A stretch of 50,231 nt of DNA from an uncultured Lachnospiraceae bacterium (GCA_964643255.1 CAZXSM010000005.1:1-50231); one strand, 5' to 3'. Positions 9,142 through 18,569 are shown, counted from the first letter of the stretch. Notes: a model not told the origin generated them from the letters alone. Numbers and translations are program-made.

Positions 9142-10542
9142 ATGAGGCTTATTATGGAATTTATGCTTACTAATATTTCAAAATATATCATAATCATTTT
9201 TATTACAGCCTATACTTTTTATGGGTTTCGTTCTTTAGGCATAAGTGACGTTAAGGCGAAAAGTAAAACATATAAGAAGATGAGGAACCTTATATTTCTT
9301 ATCCATTTTACTGGTTATTTCGTTTTATTTATTAATACAAAAAACGAGAAAATCATAATTTTATATATAGGTCAACTTGTTATATTTTCCTTAACTTTTT
9401 TCTTGTATACATGGGTATACGATAACTTATCAAGACTTCTATTAAATAATGTGATCTTATTTATTGTCACTGGTTTAATTATAATTACAAGATTATCCTT
9501 TGATATGGCTGTTAAACACTTTGCAATTATTTCACTTGGTCTTATAATATGTATATTTATACCTATTATAATGTCTAACCTTAAAATACTTGATAAGTTT
9601 GGTTGGTTTTATGCAATAATAGGATTACTTGCCCTACTTTCCGTTTCAATTATAGGTGAAGAATTTAGGGGAGCAAGTAACTGGATTATAATTAAAGGTT
9701 TTTCAATTCAACCTTCTGAGTTTGTAAAAATTATTTTTGTATTTGCTATTGCATCCCTTCTCTCATATAGCACCGAATTTAGGCATATAGTTAAAGTTTC
9801 AGCTTTAGCAGGAGCCCACGTACTGATTCTAGTTTTCCAAAGGGATTTGGGAGGAGCTCTAATATTTTATGTCTGCTATATTATCATGTTATATGTTGCT
9901 AGTAAAAAGCCTGGGTATTTTATTGCAGGCTTAGCTGCTGGTATAGGAGCTGCTTTTGTAGCTTATTATATGTTTAATCATGTAAGGGTAAGAGTTGTAG
10001 CATGGCAAGACCCATTAGCAGATACAATTATTAGTAATGAAGGTTATCAAGTATCACAGTCACTTTTTGCTATTAGCACAGGGGGCTGGTTTGGAATGGG
10101 CCTTACACAAGGTATGCCTACAAGTATACCCATAGTAGAAAGTGATTTTATATTTTCAGCTATATGTGAGGAACTTGGCGGAATTTACGGAATTTGTTTA
10201 ATACTAATTATTATTACAACACTTGTTATGTCTTATAATATTTCCAGTAAAATTCAAGGCTTATTTTATAAACTTATTGCATTAGGACTTAGTTCCATAC
10301 TAGGTTTCCAAGGATTTCTATCTATTGGTGGTGTAACTAAGTTTATACCATCTACAGGAGTCACCCTGCCTTTTATAAGCTATGGTGGTAGCTCAATGCT
10401 TAGTTCATTAGCCATGTTTGCAATTATTGAGGGAATATTTGTATTAAATCAAGATAGGATTGAGGAATATGAAAAATCAGAACAAGAAAAAAACAAACAA
10501 AAAGCAATTAAACCAAAGAAGAAGAAAAAAAGAAACCGATAA
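9142..10542 (+). CDS. SEDS family peptidoglycan glycosyltransferase (FtsW/RodA/SpoVE)
   Basis: It is a multi-TM protein with conserved SEDS motifs (QPSEFVKI, SDFIFSAICEELG, LPFISYGGSS). Alternative starts are at 9154 and 9163. The Lys-rich C-terminal tail overlaps the next gene. Confidence 0.9.
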   Translation: MRLIMEFMLTNISKYIIIIFITAYTFYGFRSLGISDVKAKSKTYKKMRNLIFLIHFTGYFVLFINTKNEKIIILYIGQLVIFSLTFFLYTWVYDNLSRLLLNNVILFIVTGLIIITRLSFDMAVKHFAIISLGLIICIFIPIIMSNLKILDKFGWFYAIIGLLALLSVSIIGEEFRGASNWIIIKGFSIQPSEFVKIIFVFAIASLLSYSTEFRHIVKVSALAGAHVLILVFQRDLGGALIFYVCYIIMLYVASKKPGYFIAGLAAGIGAAFVAYYMFNHVRVRVVAWQDPLADTIISNEGYQVSQSLFAISTGGWFGMGLTQGMPTSIPIVESDFIFSAICEELGGIYGICLILIIITTLVMSYNISSKIQGLFYKLIALGLSSILGFQGFLSIGGVTKFIPSTGVTLPFISYGGSSMLSSLAMFAIIEGIFVLNQDRIEEYEKSEQEKNKQKAIKPKKKKKRNR

Positions 10543-11941
10543 TAAGCAAAACAAACCATCTGTAGACCCAAAGACTAATCCGGATCTTAATAAGGCAGCA
10601 GAAGAATCAAGACCTATAATTAATGTAGCTTATATAATTATTGGTTTGTTTGCTCTTGTAATCATATATTTCTCTAGTTTTATTATTACAAAAAGTGAAG
10701 ATGTAGTTAATAATCCTTATAATAAACGACAAGATTTATTAGCAGAACAAATTGTAAGAGGAAGTATTCTTTCATCAGATGGTAAAACCATTGCGTATAC
10801 TAAGGAAAACGAAAATGGGATAGAACAACGAATATATCCTTACAGTGAATTATTTGCTCATCCTGTTGGCAGACTTTCAAAGGGAAGAACTGGAATAGAG
10901 TTTAGTGAAAACTTTAGACTCTTAACTTCTAATACTAACGGACTAAAGAAGATATTAATGGACTTAACAGGACAAAAAAACCTTGGAGACGATGTTATTT
11001 CAACCCTTAACCATGACTTGCAAAAAATAGCATACGATGGCTTGGGAAACAATAAGGGAGCGATTGTCGTAATTGAGCCATCTTCTGGTAAGATTCTTGC
11101 CATGGTTTCAAAGCCTGCATATGATCCTAACAACATTGATAATATATGGGATAATATAAAAGATGATAGGGAGAATAAAGCCTTAATGAATAGGGCAACA
11201 AGTGAGGCTTATCCTCCAGGTTCAATATTTAAAATGGTTACAGTCCTTGAGTTTATAAGACAAAACCCCAACTATGAAAGCTATACTTTTGAATGTGATG
11301 GGACCTATAAAAATATAGCTTGCGAAAGTGTTCATGGTAGCATAGGGTTGAAAGAATCAATAAGTAAATCCTGCAATGGTTCTTTAGCATATATTGGTGA
11401 AAACCTTGACTTTGATAAGTTCAAAAAAACTATAGCTGACCTTAATTTAGACACATACTTACCTGATGACCTAGACTATAATGACCCGCTAGTAGCCATA
11501 GGACAAGGTGATGTAAGGATTAGTCCTTTGCAAATGGCTGAGTTTACAAGTGCTCTTGCAAATGGGGGAATAGGCATGAAACCCTATTTGGTTGATCATA
11601 TTTCAAATTCTGATGGTAATCTTGTAAAGAAATTTACACCTGAAATTAATAAAAGATATTTAGAAAGCCAGGAAGCAGAAGTTTTAACGGAATACATGGC
11701 CGAAGTAGTTAATTCGGGAACGGCCACCAGACTACAAAGTGATAAATATACTGCAGCAGGTAAAACAGGGACTGCACAAAACGCAGAAGGCAAAAAGTCA
11801 CATTCTTGGTTTATAGGGTTTGCAAATACAGACAAGCCTGAAATTGCCTTATCGATTATAGTAGAAAATGCAGGATATAGTAGTGAAAATGCAGTGCCAA
11901 TAGCTAAAGATATATTTAATACTTTTTATAACAGTAAATGA
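10469..11941 (+). CDS. Class B penicillin-binding protein (transpeptidase)
   Basis: It has an N-terminal TM anchor and the motifs SxxK (SIFK), SxN (SCN) and KTG (KTGTA). The ORF opens at TTG 10460 and the first ATG is at 10469. It overlaps the SEDS gene by about 74-83 nt. Confidence 0.88.
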   Translation: MKNQNKKKTNKKQLNQRRRKKETDNKQNKPSVDPKTNPDLNKAAEESRPIINVAYIIIGLFALVIIYFSSFIITKSEDVVNNPYNKRQDLLAEQIVRGSILSSDGKTIAYTKENENGIEQRIYPYSELFAHPVGRLSKGRTGIEFSENFRLLTSNTNGLKKILMDLTGQKNLGDDVISTLNHDLQKIAYDGLGNNKGAIVVIEPSSGKILAMVSKPAYDPNNIDNIWDNIKDDRENKALMNRATSEAYPPGSIFKMVTVLEFIRQNPNYESYTFECDGTYKNIACESVHGSIGLKESISKSCNGSLAYIGENLDFDKFKKTIADLNLDTYLPDDLDYNDPLVAIGQGDVRISPLQMAEFTSALANGGIGMKPYLVDHISNSDGNLVKKFTPEINKRYLESQEAEVLTEYMAEVVNSGTATRLQSDKYTAAGKTGTAQNAEGKKSHSWFIGFANTDKPEIALSIIVENAGYSSENAVPIAKDIFNTFYNSK

Positions 11942-12007
11942 TCTTTAACAAGTTATATTGAATTGTTCTTAATTAAAACATAAGAAACAAATAAATTTGA
12001 ATTAAAC

Positions 12008-12036
12008 TTGCTATATGTAATATTTCATGGTATGAT
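12008..12036 (+). promoter_or_regulatory. Candidate sigma-A promoter of rpsB-tsf
   Basis: TTGCTA (12008-12013), a 17-nt spacer and an extended -10 element, TGgTATGAT (12028-12036). Confidence 0.5.
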
Positions 12037-12155
12037 TTCTATGTTAAAAACACACGTATGCTGATTTTTAGCAAGGTGCCAAAATACTTAATTAAATTTT
12101 GGTTTGTTAAAGATAAGATGTGTACGGAAGAATAAAACCAAATGGAGGAAAAAAC

Positions 12156-12896
12156 ATGAGTGTTGTTACAATGAAACAATTATTAGAAGCAGGTGTACAT
12201 TTTGGACACCAAACAAAAAGATGGAACCCAAAAATGGCAGAGTATATCTATACAGAAAGAAATGGCATATACATTATCGACCTTCAAAAAACTGTAGGTA
12301 TGATTGATGACGCATATAATGCTGTTAAAGATGTAGTTGCTGATGGTGGTAAGGTTCTTTTCGTAGGAACTAAAAAACAAGCTCAAGATTCTATAAAAGC
12401 TGAAGCACAACGTTGCGGAATGTACTATGTTAGTGAAAGATGGTTAGGTGGAATGCTTACTAACTGGAAGACTATAAGTAGTAGAATTGATCGTCTAAGA
12501 GAAATTGAAGCAATGGAAGAAGACGGTACTTTTGAAGTTTTACCTAAAAAAGAAGTTACTCAACTTAAGAAAGAATGGAGTAAACTTGATAGAAATCTAG
12601 GTGGTATTAAAGACATGAATGGACTTCCAGATATCATTTATGTTGTTGATCATAAGAAAGAAAGCATATGTACTCAAGAAGCTCACCTATTAGATATTCC
12701 ATTAATTGGTATTGCAGATACAAACTCCGATCCTGAGGAATTAGATTATATAATACCAGGTAATGATGATGCTATTAGAGCAATTAAGTTAATTACTTCT
12801 AAAATGGCTGATGCAGTAATCGAAGCTAATCAAGGTGTTGCATTTAACGATGATGAAGAGTCAGAAGAAGCTGAAGAAGTTCAAGAAGTAAAATAA
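12156..12896 (+). CDS. rpsB: 30S ribosomal protein S2
   Basis: The N-terminus is [30 protein letters not shown] 12156 follows TGGAGGAAAAAAC, and the track start at 12120 is an upstream extension. Confidence 0.96.
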   Translation: MSVVTMKQLLEAGVHFGHQTKRWNPKMAEYIYTERNGIYIIDLQKTVGMIDDAYNAVKDVVADGGKVLFVGTKKQAQDSIKAEAQRCGMYYVSERWLGGMLTNWKTISSRIDRLREIEAMEEDGTFEVLPKKEVTQLKKEWSKLDRNLGGIKDMNGLPDIIYVVDHKKESICTQEAHLLDIPLIGIADTNSDPEELDYIIPGNDDAIRAIKLITSKMADAVIEANQGVAFNDDEESEEAEEVQEVK

Positions 12897-12972
12897 TAGA
12901 ATTATTTTAATTAACCAAACAGAAATAAACATAACATGTTGAAATTATAAGTCGAATTAACGGAGGTAGTCA

Positions 12973-13899
12973 ATGAAAGTTACAGCTGCAATGGTAAAAG
13001 AATTACGTGAAATGACTGGTGCAGGCATGATGGATTGTAAAAAAGCACTTGCCGAAACCAATGGAGATATTGATAAGGCGGTTGATTTCCTTAGAGAACA
13101 AGGACTAGGAGCTGCGGAAAAGAAAGCTGGAAGAATTGCTGCAGAAGGTGTTAGTGCAGTTAAAGTTTCCGATGATGGAAAAGTTGGAGCTATTGTAGAA
13201 GTTAATAGTGAAACAGATTTCGTTGCTAAGAATGACAAGTTCTTAGATTATGTTAATGCTGTAGTAGAACAAGTTGCAAAAACTGATGCAAATAATCTTG
13301 ACGAATTTTTAGCAGAGCCTTGGGAACTAGATACAGATAAAACTGTTGAACAAGAATTATCTTCACAAATCTCTATTATTGGAGAAAACATGAAGATTAG
13401 AAGAATTGATAAAATCGTAACAGATAATGGATTTGTTGAATCATATGTTCATAGTGGTGGAAAGATAGCTGTTTTAGTTGAAATGGAAAGTGATGTTGTA
13501 AATGACATTGCAAAAGAAGCAGCTAAAAACGTAGCTATGCAAGTAGCGGCAATCGCACCTAAATATCTAAATAGAGAAGAAATTCCTCAAGAATATATTG
13601 AAAAAGAAAAAGAAATATTAAAAGTTCAAGCAATGAATGAAGATTCCAATAAACCAGAGCATATTATTGAAAAGATTATTGAAGGACGACTAAACAAAGA
13701 ATTACAAGCAGTAAGTCTTGTTGATCAAGAATACGTTAAGGATTCTAGTTTAACAGTTCAAAAATATCTAGACCAAATATCTAAAGAAATTGGAAGCGAA
13801 TTATCAATTAAGAAATATGTACGTTACGAAACAGGCGAAGGTATTGAAAAGAGAGAAGAAAACTTTGCTGAAGAAGTAGCACAACAATTAGGACGATAA
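12973..13899 (+). CDS. tsf: Translation elongation factor Ts
   Basis: The N-terminus is MVKELREMTGAGMMDCKKAL (UBA-like), and the EF-Ts core carries ETDFVAKN. The start is preceded by the RBS CGGAGG. Confidence 0.96.
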   Translation: MKVTAAMVKELREMTGAGMMDCKKALAETNGDIDKAVDFLREQGLGAAEKKAGRIAAEGVSAVKVSDDGKVGAIVEVNSETDFVAKNDKFLDYVNAVVEQVAKTDANNLDEFLAEPWELDTDKTVEQELSSQISIIGENMKIRRIDKIVTDNGFVESYVHSGGKIAVLVEMESDVVNDIAKEAAKNVAMQVAAIAPKYLNREEIPQEYIEKEKEILKVQAMNEDSNKPEHIIEKIIEGRLNKELQAVSLVDQEYVKDSSLTVQKYLDQISKEIGSELSIKKYVRYETGEGIEKREENFAEEVAQQLGR

Positions 13900-13920
13900 T
13901 ATATAAAGAATATAGTAAAG

Positions 13921-13954
13921 GCTTTGAAAGCAAATGTTTTCAAAGCTTTCTTTA
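13921..13954 (+). terminator. Intrinsic terminator after tsf
   Basis: GCTTTGAAA (13921-13929) pairs with TTTCAAAGC (13938-13946) and is followed by TTTCTTTA. Confidence 0.75.
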
Positions 13955-13982
13955 TCAGTTAATCTTAGTCAGTCATATATAA

Positions 13983-14121
13983 ATAGTTGTGAAACTTAGA
14001 ATCTTGAATAGGAGTTAGGCATAACAACTAAAATAAGGGTGACTTTGCGTCAAGGGTCACGATCACCGTTTTTAGTTATTATGACTAACGACCATAAGAG
14101 TACAAGATGTTTCGCAATTAT
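13983..14121 (+). other. Rod-like structured element of about 140 nt in the purC leader (unclassified)
   Basis: Three nested helices were read by hand. The first pairs 13983-13995 with 14109-14121 (13 bp, including 2 G-U). The second pairs ATCTTG 14001-14006 with CAAGAT 14103-14108. The third pairs 14014-14033 with 14070-14089 (18 of 20 positions). A G/C-richer apical segment (14034-14069) offers alternative GGTGA/TCACC and GTGAC/GTCAC pairings. Confidence 0.45.
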
Positions 14122-14157
14122 CTAAATAGATGGTAAGAAAGCAGGAAGGAGAACATA

Positions 14158-14841
14158 TTGGAATTACTTTATAAAGGAAAAACTAAAGATGTATATAATC
14201 TAAAAAATGGTCATTATCTGTTGAAATTTAAAGATGATGTAACAGGTAAAGATGGTGTTTTTGATCCTGGTGCAAATTCCGTGGGACTAACAATTGAAGG
14301 TGTTGGTAAAGCAGGAATAAGCATCACTAAGTATTATTATGAAAAGTTTAATGAGATGGGCATACCAACTCATTATATAGATGCTGATATAGATAAAGCT
14401 ACAATGACTGTTCTACCTGCAAGTATGTTTGGTAAGGGTGTAGAAGTAATATGTAGGTATAGGGCTGTAGGTAGTTTTATTAGAAGATATGGTTTATATG
14501 CAATAGAAGGACAAGTACTGGATGCATATGTAGAAGTAACTCTAAAGGATGATGAAAGGCAAGATCCCCTAATTACAGATGAAGCCCTAGAAATGCTAGG
14601 TATTATGACTAAGGATGAATATAATATTTTAGTTGACCTAACAAGAGAAATATGTCAAATTATTAAAGAGGATTTAGCAAAAAAAGATATTGAACTGTAT
14701 GATATTAAACTTGAATTTGGTAGAGTCGGAGATGATAAACATATTGCACTAATTGATGAAGTTTCCGGTGGCAATATGCGAGCATATAAAAATGGTAACA
14801 AGTTAGATCCTTTAGAACTTGAAAAACTTATACTAGCCTAA
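14158..14841 (+). CDS. purC: Phosphoribosylaminoimidazole-succinocarboxamide (SAICAR) synthase, short Thermotoga/archaeal-like type
   Basis: The motifs are LLYKGKTKDVY, FKDDVTGKDG, VGSFIRRYG, LKDDERQDPLIT and DIKLEFG. The TTG start at 14158 lies 6 nt after AGGAAGGAG. No other pur genes are nearby. Confidence 0.75.
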   Translation: MELLYKGKTKDVYNLKNGHYLLKFKDDVTGKDGVFDPGANSVGLTIEGVGKAGISITKYYYEKFNEMGIPTHYIDADIDKATMTVLPASMFGKGVEVICRYRAVGSFIRRYGLYAIEGQVLDAYVEVTLKDDERQDPLITDEALEMLGIMTKDEYNILVDLTREICQIIKEDLAKKDIELYDIKLEFGRVGDDKHIALIDEVSGGNMRAYKNGNKLDPLELEKLILA

Positions 14842-14855
14842 CAGATATAAAAAAC

Positions 14856-14921
14856 AAAAACTCCTAACTGGAGGATGATATTATTGAATTATCAAATATC
14901 ATAATCGGTTGGGAGTTTTTT
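14856..14921. terminator. Long bidirectional intrinsic terminator after purC
   Basis: AAAAACTCCTAAC (14856-14868) pairs with GTTGGGAGTTTTT (14908-14920). An inner stem pairs ATGATATT with AATATCAT. The hairpin is flanked by an A-run and a T-run. Confidence 0.7.
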
Positions 14922-15017
14922 GTAATTAAAATTATAAAAGTAATTATTTTGCTTTGTATAATAGCTATATTTGTGGTAAAATCTCTATATATGTTATTAT
15001 ATGTAGAAAAATTATAG

Positions 15018-16166
15018 ATGGAGGAAGAATGTGTGGATATAAAAATAGAAACACAAAAGAATAAAACTCCTGTAGATAGAAAAAAGAGAGTAAAAAAGAT
15101 TAAAAAATTGATTATCTTGATTGTTGCTCTTTTAATAATCATTCCGACAATCCTTTGTATACTGTTAATATTTAAAGTTAACTCATTACAAAGTCAGATA
15201 GATATGTTAATGATAGATAAATATGGAGTAACTTACGCACAACTACATAACACCAAAGACCTTATTGTTCATGCTGCACCAAGTATTGAGATGGCAGATG
15301 CTTATAATGGTATAACTCAAGAAGTTGAAGATTATAAAGAGGATGCAAATCTTATACTTGAAGAGTCTCAAAATCTTCAAGCTACTGATATAAAAGACAA
15401 GTATATTGAATCTGACAAAAAAGAGATTGATGAGATACTAGATGACAACAGGAGTAGTATTATAGACAAAGAAAATCTTAACAATAATCTTACTTATGAA
15501 AAGGAAGACCAAGATTCACAAGAAACTGTAGGCCCTAAGAGGGTGTATTTAACCTTTGATGATGGACCAAGTATTAATACACCTAAAATTTTGGATATTT
15601 TACAAGAATATGATGTAAAGGCGACTTTTTTTGTTATAGGTAAGACTGATGAATTTTCAAAAGATATGTACAAACGTATTGTTGATGAAGGTCATTCAAT
15701 AGGACTACACTCATATTCCCATAGATATGACCAGATATATGAGTCAGTAGAAAGTTTTGAAGATGATTTATTAAAATTATCAGATTTGATTTATGAGAAT
15801 ACTAATCACAAACCTGATATTTATAGGTTTCCTGGAGGTAGTGGAAACCAGGTAAGTGATCTTGATATGTCAGTTTTTATTCAAGCTATAGAGGATAAAG
15901 GTATTACTTATTTTGATTGGAATGTAGCTAATGGAGATGGGTCGAACAAATACTTATCGCCAGAAGAGTCCTACAGGAACATAATGGATGGAGTAAAAAT
16001 ATTCAACAATTCTATTGTACTAATGCACGACTCTTATAACAAGATAAGTACAGTTGAATCCCTTCCTAAAATTATAGAGGCACTTTTGGAAAATCATGTT
16101 GAAATCCTGCCATTAACAAATCAGGTCAAACCAGTACAACAAATCAAAATTAGTGATATCAATTAA
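15018..16166 (+). CDS. Membrane-anchored polysaccharide deacetylase (CE4 / NodB homology domain)
   Basis: It has an N-terminal TM helix, then RVYLTFDDGPS, and the His motifs HSIGLHSYSHRY and LMHD. An alternative GTG start is at 15033. Confidence 0.85.
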   Translation: MEEECVDIKIETQKNKTPVDRKKRVKKIKKLIILIVALLIIIPTILCILLIFKVNSLQSQIDMLMIDKYGVTYAQLHNTKDLIVHAAPSIEMADAYNGITQEVEDYKEDANLILEESQNLQATDIKDKYIESDKKEIDEILDDNRSSIIDKENLNNNLTYEKEDQDSQETVGPKRVYLTFDDGPSINTPKILDILQEYDVKATFFVIGKTDEFSKDMYKRIVDEGHSIGLHSYSHRYDQIYESVESFEDDLLKLSDLIYENTNHKPDIYRFPGGSGNQVSDLDMSVFIQAIEDKGITYFDWNVANGDGSNKYLSPEESYRNIMDGVKIFNNSIVLMHDSYNKISTVESLPKIIEALLENHVEILPLTNQVKPVQQIKISDIN

Positions 16167-16230
16167 AGTACATATTATATTTGTTAAGTTAATCTAATGA
16201 TTTAAATATAAATTAAGATAGGAGAAGGCT

Positions 16231-17142
16231 ATGAGTTATATGAAAGATATAAAGGAAGATTTTTATCAAGCTATCAATGAACTTATCGATGATGATTTAG
16301 ATGATGTTATTACAGCTAACGACGTAGAGGGTGAAAAATCTGATTTGGATGAAGATAATGAAGAAAAACAAACAGAAGATTCAACTGAAGAAGAACAAAT
16401 AGAAGATTCATCCGAAGAAACAGAAGAAGATCAAATAGAAGATTCATCCGAAGAAGAAACAGAAGAAGATCAAATAGAAGTTTCATCTGAAGAAGAAACA
16501 GAAGATTCCTTAGAGGATAGCAAAGACTTGCAAGATGAGCCAGATGATGAATCTGTTAATGACAATAAAAATCAAGATACAGATGATGAAGACAATATAA
16601 TAATTAACACTATTGATGATAACATTCAGCCCCCAACCAATACGATAGAAGAGGGCAATAAAATACAAAGGGATAATAATATGAATAGAATAGCAGATGA
16701 CAGTGTGATTACAACTATACAAGAAGGTACAACTATAACTGGTGATATAGAGTCTAATTGTTCTTTAGAAATTTATGGAACAGTTACTGGTGATGTTTTA
16801 TGTGATGGAAAACTTTCTTTATATGGCAAAATTAATGGTAATTGTACCGGTTCAGAAGTTTATATAGCAGCAAAAAGATTAGAAGGTTGCATTGAAGCCA
16901 TTAATGATGTTAAAATAGGTTTAGATTCCATAATAATTGGAGATGTTAAGGCAGCTTCTCTTCACATTGCAGGTGCAATTAAAGGAGAAATAGATGTTAA
17001 CGGACCAGTTATAATTGACTCTACTGCTGTAGTTAAAGGTGACATAAAAGCTTCATCAATACAAATTAATGATGGTGCTATAATTGATGGTCATTGTAAC
17101 TTAGTTTATGCACAAAAAGATATTGAAAGTTTGTTTAACTAA
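16231..17142 (+). CDS. Bactofilin family cytoskeletal protein with a long acidic repeat-containing N-terminal extension
   Basis: The C-terminal ~140 aa show the bactofilin beta-helix pattern (ITGDIES...LEIYGTVTGDV...GKINGN...VKGDIKASSIQINDGAIIDG). The N-terminal ~130 aa are Asp/Glu/Ser-rich. Confidence 0.8.
   Translation: MSYMKDIKEDFYQAINELIDDDLDDVITANDVEGEKSDLDEDNEEKQTEDSTEEEQIEDSSEETEEDQIEDSSEEETEEDQIEVSSEEETEDSLEDSKDLQDEPDDESVNDNKNQDTDDEDNIIINTIDDNIQPPTNTIEEGNKIQRDNNMNRIADDSVITTIQEGTTITGDIESNCSLEIYGTVTGDVLCDGKLSLYGKINGNCTGSEVYIAAKRLEGCIEAINDVKIGLDSIIIGDVKAASLHIAGAIKGEIDVNGPVIIDSTAVVKGDIKASSIQINDGAIIDGHCNLVYAQKDIESLFN
16371..16510 (+). repeat. In-frame tandem repeat (36-39 nt units) encoding (T)EE(D/E)QIEDSSEE(E)
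   Basis: The units CAAATAGAAGATTCATCCGAAGAA(GAA)ACAGAAGAAGAT lie at 16396-16431, 16432-16470 and 16471-16506, with a degenerate copy just upstream. Confidence 0.85.
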
Positions 17143-17144
17143 TG

Positions 17145-17173
17145 TTTACATAAATAGATATATTAAGTATAAT
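17145..17173 (+). promoter_or_regulatory. Candidate sigma-A promoter of pyrH-frr
   Basis: TTTACA (17145-17150), a 17-nt spacer and TATAAT (17168-17173). Confidence 0.5.
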
Positions 17174-17233
17174 AAAACAAAGTCTACAAAAATATATAAT
17201 TAAGAATAAAAAATTAATAGCTAAGGAGCTAAA

Positions 17234-17941
17234 ATGGATAGTAAGTACAAGAGAGTATTGTTAAAGTTGAGTGGCGAGGCATTGGCAGGAGATAAGAAAA
17301 CTGGATTTGATGAAGAAACCTGTTTAGAAGTCGCAGACCAAGTAAAATCCTTGTTGGACAAGGGTATTGAAGTTGCGGTGGTTATAGGGGGCGGTAACTT
17401 CTGGAGGGGTAGAACGAGTAATAATATAGACCGGACAAAAGCTGATCAAATTGGTATGCTTGCTACTATAATGAATTGTATTTATGTTTCAGAAGTTTTC
17501 AGAAGTCTTGGAATGGAAACAGATATTATGAGCCCATTTACATGTGGGTCTATGACAAAGTTGTTTTCAAAAGATAAAGCAGTATCTGGATTAAAATCTG
17601 GTAAGGTTATATTTTTAGCCGGAGGAACAGGCCACCCATATTTTTCAACAGATACCTGTGTAGTTTTAAGAGCTATAGAGTTAGAAGCTGACATAATATT
17701 AATGGCAAAAGCAGTTGATGGAGTTTATGATAGTGACCCAGCCAAAAACCCTGATGCTATTAAATACACTAGTATAAGCCTTCAAGAAACTTTAGATAAA
17801 GAGTTAAGGGTAGTTGACTTATCTGCTACAGTATTAGCTTTAGAGAACAAGATGCCAATGTTAGTCTTTGCTTTACAAGAAGAAAACAGTATAGTCAAGT
17901 CAGTAAGTGGTAACTTTAATGGAACAAAAGTAACGGTATAA
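17234..17941 (+). CDS. pyrH: UMP kinase
   Basis: The motifs are YKRVLLKLSGEAL, VVIGGGNFWRG and DGVYDSDP. Confidence 0.96.
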   Translation: MDSKYKRVLLKLSGEALAGDKKTGFDEETCLEVADQVKSLLDKGIEVAVVIGGGNFWRGRTSNNIDRTKADQIGMLATIMNCIYVSEVFRSLGMETDIMSPFTCGSMTKLFSKDKAVSGLKSGKVIFLAGGTGHPYFSTDTCVVLRAIELEADIILMAKAVDGVYDSDPAKNPDAIKYTSISLQETLDKELRVVDLSATVLALENKMPMLVFALQEENSIVKSVSGNFNGTKVTV

Positions 17942-17971
17942 GTAATAAAAACCAGGAGGAGATATTATATT

Positions 17972-18526
17972 ATGAGTATTGACTTAAAGAATTATGAAAA
18001 TAGCATGAGTAAAACGATTGAAGCATTAGATGACGATTTTGCTACTATAAGAGCAGGTAGGGCAAATCCCCGTGTTCTTGATAATATAAGAGTTGATTAT
18101 TATGGGACACCTTCTCAAATACAAGCTATTGCGAATGTTTCAGTACCAGAACCAAGAATGATTATGATTCAACCATGGGAAGCTTCAATGTGCAAGGATA
18201 TTGAAAAAGCAATTTTAGCTTCAGATATCGGTATTACACCAAACAATGATGGTAAAGTAATTCGCTTAGTATTTCCAGAATTGACAGAAGAACGTCGTAA
18301 AGATTTAGTTAAAGATGTTAAAAAGAAAGCAGAAGAATCTAAAGTTTCTATCCGAAATATTAGAAGAGAAGCTAATGACGAGATAAAACAACTTAAAAAC
18401 AATTCAGAAATTTCTGAAGATCATGCTAGAGTATATGAAGACGATGTTCAAAAATTAACAGATAAATTTACTGATAAGATTGATAGGCTTACAGAAGATA
18501 AAGAAAAAGAAATTCTTACTATTTAA
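17972..18526 (+). CDS. frr: Ribosome recycling factor
   Basis: This 184-aa protein carries IRAGRANP, LD.I.VDYYG and LTEERRKDLVK. It follows pyrH, as is typical. Confidence 0.96.
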   Translation: MSIDLKNYENSMSKTIEALDDDFATIRAGRANPRVLDNIRVDYYGTPSQIQAIANVSVPEPRMIMIQPWEASMCKDIEKAILASDIGITPNNDGKVIRLVFPELTEERRKDLVKDVKKKAEESKVSIRNIRREANDEIKQLKNNSEISEDHARVYEDDVQKLTDKFTDKIDRLTEDKEKEILTI

Positions 18527-18569
18527 AATAATTAGTGAGAAATGCAAGAAATCTTGTATTTTCAACCTT

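Noticed and set aside
12104-12307. Plus-strand 67-aa ORF 12104..12307, and the 12120 start for rpsB.
   Set aside because: The 67-aa ORF is an alternative frame across the rpsB 5' end. The conserved S2 N-terminus and SD sequence place the true start at 12156.
13960-14157. A purine (guanine/adenine) or ZTP riboswitch upstream of purC.
   Set aside because: The conserved cores are absent (TATAAT..GATATGG..TTTCTACC..CCGTAAAT..GACTATG for purine, and GGGTCGTGAC..CCGCCTGGGCA for ZTP). Only a weak CACCGT...GACTA resemblance exists.
14864-15142. A minus-strand 92-aa ORF overlapping the purC terminator and the start of the deacetylase gene.
   Set aside because: It is an AT-rich shadow ORF (Ile/Phe/Asn-rich) with no RBS. 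It conflicts with a terminator and with a motif-supported CDS.
16371-16510. A tandem repeat that might be a CRISPR-like or VNTR intergenic array.
   Set aside because: It lies in-frame inside the bactofilin CDS and encodes acidic peptide repeats. The units are contiguous with no spacers.
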